Source: Cyanobacteria bacterium auto_48_18 (GTDB lineage: Bacteria > Cyanobacteriota > Vampirovibrionia > Obscuribacterales > Obscuribacteraceae). Taken from it: a stretch of 64,000 bases of DNA. The position numbers were made by a program, and so were the translations under genes. The notes under the pieces are model-generated. The model had not been told where the DNA came from, ran no database searches, and saw nothing but the letters and a program-made list of their open reading frames with translations. Where the stretch lies: NCBI GenBank assembly GCA_036170915.1, contig JAVHQC010000022.1, positions 191,420 to 255,419 of the forward strand, given 5' to 3'. Shown one piece after another: positions 59,573-64,000 of this stretch; position 1 is the stretch's first letter, and every line of letters begins with the position of its first letter.

Positions 59573-62337
59573 TGACGCAGCCTTTCTCTAAAATAATGCA
59601 AGCGCTAGGCAAGCACAGCTATTGTCTGGTGCCTGCTTTGATATGTTTTGTGGTGGTTACCTTCTTTCATTTTCGGGTGCTCAATAGTCGCGCGGTTTTC
59701 TTTGCCGATTCTGCCGGTTATTTAGTCTCGGCAACTGAAATCAGAGCGGCTCTCATGGCTCTTCTCACTTTTGACTTTAGCCAGGCCTGGAGCGTGCTTT
59801 CAGCCAGACCATTTGTAGAGCGCTTCTTAATTGATGGCCCGGTGATTCCTATCTGGGGTGCGCTTACTTTTGCCATTGTTGGTAAAGCACCCAACTCTTT
59901 TGCCTGGCCGGTGATAATTTTTGCCCTGGGTCTTTTAAATGCGCTGGTGGCATTAATTACCGCAGCTCTGGTGAAAATTGCTTTGCGTTCAAAAATTGCC
60001 GGTTTTGGAGCTGGTCTGGCCTGGGCGTTCTATCCAGGAGCCGCCTATGCCTCAGGGCGTTATTTAACTGAACCGCTTACGGTTTTCTATATCGTGGCAT
60101 CGCTGGCTGTGGGCTGCGCGCTGATCAGCAACAGTAATAATTCTAATTCTAAAACAGGCTTGCGTTTGATACTATGCGCGGTGCAGGGCTTGCTTTCCGG
60201 TAGCGGTATTTTGCTCAAGCCGGCACTTCTGCCGCTTTTTGCCTGTCTTACTTTTATTCCTATAATTCTCAGTCAGCCCTGGGAGAAGAAGTTTAGCCTG
60301 AGCCAGTTCAAATCTGCGCTTGTGGCATTAGTCGGCTTTGCCAGCGCACCGCTGGCCTGGGCAACATATACAAAATTTGCTGAAGGGCATATTTATTTTT
60401 TCCCTCAGCGCGTACCACTGCTTAATATTGTAGTCGGTCACGATTTAGAGACTGACGGCTGGTGCGCCATCACCAATACTCCCACTTTCTGCACCCTCAC
60501 TGGTCTGGGTAATTCTGTTGCCGTTTTGTTGTATAGCTGGCAACATAATTTTGCTGAAACAGCAGAACTTTATTTACGCAAAATTCCACGCATCGTCGGA
60601 TTCGTCTGGAACGATTTTAAGCAGCCATTTTATGGCGTCACTCTTGTACAGCAAAATTTTGTGCATTCGGTACTGGTAGCCCTGGCGGCCTTTGGCGCTG
60701 TGATATTTTGTTTTCAGTTTAATTCGCTGCGCAAAGAAAAGCCTGTGCTTTTCTATTTGCTGGCTGCGTCGATTCTAACAATTGGCAGTCACATTGTTAT
60801 GTATATGCCCTTTGAGTCTTGCCCGCGATACGGTTATCCGTCAATGCCGTGCTTTGTCATTCTGGCTGCCTACGGCCTTCACTGCGCTCTAAGTCAGAGT
60901 ACCCGCAGCAAAAGCTATTTCTGCCTGGCCAGTTTGCTTTGCACGGCAGTACTTATCAATCTCAATTTAACTGCATTCTTTGCGGGAAGTATTGATTTTA
61001 CTGCTGCAGTATTTATAAGCACAGCCATTAAAGTGCTGGCAATTACGGCAGCGTCTGTTTATTGCTGCAAGCTGGCAGCTTCTTTGGCAGCTTCTTTGCC
61101 AGCTTCTTTGCCAGCAGCTGATGCAAGATCTGAACAGGGCAACAAATATAGTTGGCTGGTCAGTCTATCTGCGCTCTTGCTTTTAGTTTTATTGCCGACC
61201 TATCTCTCATCTACAAAAATAGATGAGTGGCGCGAAACATCTATTAGCTTGCCTCTCGGCGCTCATATTGAGAGGGTGGCAAACCTGCCGGAAGCGGCCT
61301 TGAAGCCGCAATCTACCATGTTTTATGTGCTGGTAGATAGCAATAGCCCGGCTTTAAAATGCAAAATCAACGGTGTGGAAATGGCCGGCAATTTTGTTCC
61401 TATTGCCAGCCACGATTTGTCACTTGAAAAATATGTGGGCCTTGGTCGCATGCTCTCTTTTGTCACAGATCGGCCCCTGGCGAGCTTTAGACAATGGCGC
61501 GTTCTGGAATTGCCACGGGCGTCATTAAAAGCCGGAGCAAATACTATTGAAATGGCTGCCACCACAGGTGATGTGAAAATATTTGCCGATCGAGTGGGCG
61601 AGAATGAAAAAAGTTACCGCTTGCCGTCGCGCTCTCTTTACAGCTACAGCAAGGCTATAGGTACCGGTTATGAGATGGATCCTCGCCTGATGGATGGCGT
61701 GGGTCAAACTCTCAATAGTGAGAACCATCCGACTTCAGTCTGCGCCAGAGTTTTTCTCATGGCGAGCAAGCCGGCACCAGGCACTACCCCTGCTCAACCA
61801 GCGGCAGGAAAGAATGAAGGACAGTCTGCTACTTTAGATTTCGCCTCACCGTTGTTCGATCTGGTGATGCATTTACCTGGCAGCAATGCCGATGAAATTT
61901 CAGTCAATCGCTACACGGTCAAAGATGCTAGAACCGCCGGTGTAACGCTAAAGTTACCGGCCTGGTGCACTCTTGCCGATCAGTTCAAATTGCATTTGAG
62001 TGGAGAAGTAAGGCCCACTGGAAAAACCAGAGATACTGGCATACTAGCCATTGTTTATGGCCCCAGTGGTGTAACTCTAAATTCTACGCTGCCCTCGCCG
62101 GCACCATATTTTCATACCGGGGATGGTTGGACAAAGTTTGATTTCACCGATTTTCTTTATAACAAAAGCCACAATATCGATCAGGCCACAGTTGTGCTGT
62201 TTCCTGGCCGTGCCGAGCAAATTATGCAATATGGCCTTGATCAGCATATCGGCAGCTTCCTCTTCAGAAACGTCAAATTGACTTTGACCGAGATTAAGCC
62301 CACAGATTTATCTACATGTGAGAGCAAATTGTATTGA
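59572..62337 (+). CDS. Polytopic GT-C-like membrane glycosyltransferase with large extracytoplasmic C-terminal domain
   Basis: DSAGY, YP...YLTEPL, KP, RY..P motifs; many TM helices; TAATG coupling to upstream GT2. Confidence 0.65.
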   Translation: MTQPFSKIMQALGKHSYCLVPALICFVVVTFFHFRVLNSRAVFFADSAGYLVSATEIRAALMALLTFDFSQAWSVLSARPFVERFLIDGPVIPIWGALTFAIVGKAPNSFAWPVIIFALGLLNALVALITAALVKIALRSKIAGFGAGLAWAFYPGAAYASGRYLTEPLTVFYIVASLAVGCALISNSNNSNSKTGLRLILCAVQGLLSGSGILLKPALLPLFACLTFIPIILSQPWEKKFSLSQFKSALVALVGFASAPLAWATYTKFAEGHIYFFPQRVPLLNIVVGHDLETDGWCAITNTPTFCTLTGLGNSVAVLLYSWQHNFAETAELYLRKIPRIVGFVWNDFKQPFYGVTLVQQNFVHSVLVALAAFGAVIFCFQFNSLRKEKPVLFYLLAASILTIGSHIVMYMPFESCPRYGYPSMPCFVILAAYGLHCALSQSTRSKSYFCLASLLCTAVLINLNLTAFFAGSIDFTAAVFISTAIKVLAITAASVYCCKLAASLAASLPASLPAADARSEQGNKYSWLVSLSALLLLVLLPTYLSSTKIDEWRETSISLPLGAHIERVANLPEAALKPQSTMFYVLVDSNSPALKCKINGVEMAGNFVPIASHDLSLEKYVGLGRMLSFVTDRPLASFRQWRVLELPRASLKAGANTIEMAATTGDVKIFADRVGENEKSYRLPSRSLYSYSKAIGTGYEMDPRLMDGVGQTLNSENHPTSVCARVFLMASKPAPGTTPAQPAAGKNEGQSATLDFASPLFDLVMHLPGSNADEISVNRYTVKDARTAGVTLKLPAWCTLADQFKLHLSGEVRPTGKTRDTGILAIVYGPSGVTLNSTLPSPAPYFHTGDGWTKFDFTDFLYNKSHNIDQATVVLFPGRAEQIMQYGLDQHIGSFLFRNVKLTLTEIKPTDLSTCESKLY

Positions 62338-62412
62338 TTTAGCCTGGTTTTTCGCGGTAATGAAGCCCAACTAATTTTGCCAGGTTCTTTATATCTTACT
62401 ATGGAGCATTAA

Positions 62413-63534
62413 TTGAATGCCCAGCCGCGCCCATACAGGATTAACCTCATGAATTCAAACCCCTCACACTTACTAGAAAACACTAAAGTGGTGGTTTTTG
62501 GCGGAACCGGTTCACTGGGTCAGAAGCTGGTACAGCGTATATTGGCCGGCGAGTGCGGCGTGCCGAGAAAGCTCGTTATCATTTCGCGAGACGAAGCCAA
62601 GCAATATCAGATGAAAATCGACCTGGAACATCAGAACCAGGCATCAACCCAAGATGTTATTTACAAAAAGGGCCTTTCGCCAGTGGAGTTTGTCATTGGC
62701 GACATTCGCGATTACACCTCTGTGCAAAGTGTATTGTGCGAGGCCGACTATGTTTTCAGCACAGCTGCTCTCAAGCAAGTGCCCACCTGCGAATATTTTC
62801 CTTTTGAAGCTGTAAAAACAAATTGCATCGGCATGCAAAACATCATTAGTGCTGTGAAGCAAGGCAGCTATCCGGTCAAGATGGTGCTCGGTATCTCAAC
62901 AGACAAGGCCTGCAAGCCCGTCAATGTCATGGGCATGACCAAAGCGCTGCAAGAGCGCATGCTTGTCCAAGCCAATTTAGACAACAGCAAAGGCACTCGT
63001 TTTGGTGCTGTACGTTATGGCAATGTAGTGGCATCGCGGGGCTCTGTAGTGCCGCTCTTCGCCGAACAAATTTCACGTGGCGGCCCTGTCACAGTGACAA
63101 CTGAAACTATGACTCGCTTTTTGCTGACACTAGATCAAGCGGTTGACACTATTTTTGCCAGCGTTCGCACCGGTACACCTGGCGACATTTATGTGCCAAT
63201 CATTCCGTCTGCCAGAATCATCGACGTGGCCAAGGCAATTATTGATGATAACGATATTCAAATCAAAGTCACCGGCATTAGACCAGGCGAAAAAGAGCAT
63301 GAGATCATGATTTCGGAAGAAGAATCGTATCGCACCATCAAAAGAGATGGGTATTACGTTATCCTTCCCATGCTGCCTGAATTACAACCACCAACCATTG
63401 AGACTGCTCTCAAAGGTGGTCTGGAATATAGTTCTAGCGTTGTCACCATGGAAAAAGGCGACATTCTAAAAATGCTGCGCGACAACAAGCTTTTGCCGGC
63501 TAAAGCCGAAGCGGCAATGAAAGTCTTGAAGTGA
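62413..63534 (+). CDS. UDP-GlcNAc 4,6-dehydratase/epimerase (FnlA/CapE-like polysaccharide biosynthesis protein)
   Basis: GGTGSLG, SRDEAKQ, AALKQVP.CE.FP, STDKA..P.N.MG.TK, RYGNV..SRGSV, GIRPGEK.HE. Confidence 0.9.
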   Translation: MNAQPRPYRINLMNSNPSHLLENTKVVVFGGTGSLGQKLVQRILAGECGVPRKLVIISRDEAKQYQMKIDLEHQNQASTQDVIYKKGLSPVEFVIGDIRDYTSVQSVLCEADYVFSTAALKQVPTCEYFPFEAVKTNCIGMQNIISAVKQGSYPVKMVLGISTDKACKPVNVMGMTKALQERMLVQANLDNSKGTRFGAVRYGNVVASRGSVVPLFAEQISRGGPVTVTTETMTRFLLTLDQAVDTIFASVRTGTPGDIYVPIIPSARIIDVAKAIIDDNDIQIKVTGIRPGEKEHEIMISEEESYRTIKRDGYYVILPMLPELQPPTIETALKGGLEYSSSVVTMEKGDILKMLRDNKLLPAKAEAAMKVLK

Positions 63535-64000
63535 TCGCTAACTACAGTGCTTCTCAAGCTGACTCACTAAGCGTGATCATACGTTTTCATGCTGGTGCCT
63601 CTTTGGAATTACTGAGAGAAGCGCTGCGTTCTATCGAACTGCAAAATCACAAAAATCTTGAACTGGTTTTGTGCCTGCAAGATTGTGCAGATTTGCACGA
63701 AGCTATTAATGCTGCTATCAATGAGATATGGCAGGGCACGCCGCCGCAGACAATAATCATTGATAAGCAAGCGGCCGCTGGCGAAGATCTTCGTTCGGCC
63801 ATGCTGAACGCCGGCATTAAAAATTCAACGGGACGGTTCATCTCTTTTCTTGATTATGACGATATTCTTTTTCCCGAATTTCACAGCAAATTGATTTCAA
63901 GATTAGTGCAATCGCCCTCTGCTGTGGCAGTCTGTGGCACAGTCTGCTCTTATGGCCGTTGGGAAAGCGGAACATGGCATGAGACTCGCAGCGATAAATT
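63531..64000 (+). CDS. Glycosyltransferase family 2 (3'-truncated by window)
   Basis: GTG overlapping upstream TGA; reads SVIIR...ALRSI..Q...RSAMLNAGIKNSTGRFISFLDYDD, open to window end. Confidence 0.8.
   Translation, partial: MIANYSASQADSLSVIIRFHAGASLELLREALRSIELQNHKNLELVLCLQDCADLHEAINAAINEIWQGTPPQTIIIDKQAAAGEDLRSAMLNAGIKNSTGRFISFLDYDDILFPEFHSKLISRLVQSPSAVAVCGTVCSYGRWESGTWHETRSDK

Noticed and set aside
61075..61117. 12-bp repeat (LAAS/LPAS) in the GT-C-like gene; similar short repeats at about 15235-15280 and 51085-51125
   Set aside because: Short in-frame slippage repeats in linkers, with no phase-variation potential

Overview
Gene-dense bacterial chromosomal window with about 50 CDSs. 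I saw no rRNA, tRNA, CRISPR array, transposase, integrase or phage genes. The gene mix (TPR-matrixin, OmpR/HK cassettes, DUF4388 and MshEN-like proteins, no photosynthesis genes) suggests a non-photosynthetic Cyanobacteriota/Melainabacteria (Obscuribacterales-like) host; this is an unverified inference. Routine content: trxA, murQ, hydA, dnaG-rpoD, an RqcP/Hsp15-like S4 protein, CzcBA/TolC-type efflux, an ACT-malic enzyme, and a ~22 kb surface-glycan region (rfbABDC, glycosyltransferases, MBOAT, two acyltransferase-3 genes, Wzt, GT-C, FnlA-like). The best candidate for an undescribed system is a membrane-anchored FtsH-like protease with THREE tandem AAA+ modules and one M41 protease domain, apparently co-transcribed with a DxxC thioredoxin-like protein and a small membrane protein (2787-6939). 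Other notable loci: a coupled pair of DUF4388/degenerate-GGDEF (intact RxxD) and 4x MshEN-like genes; two output-less triple-PAS paralogs; an atypical sigma factor with a DUF1822-like partner facing a kinase-like gene; a helicase-PLD fusion with systematically degenerate motifs beside an orphan antitoxin; a GYQQQG prion-like insert in DnaG; and several intergenic palindromes and repeats. All family calls come from motif recognition by eye, not database searches.
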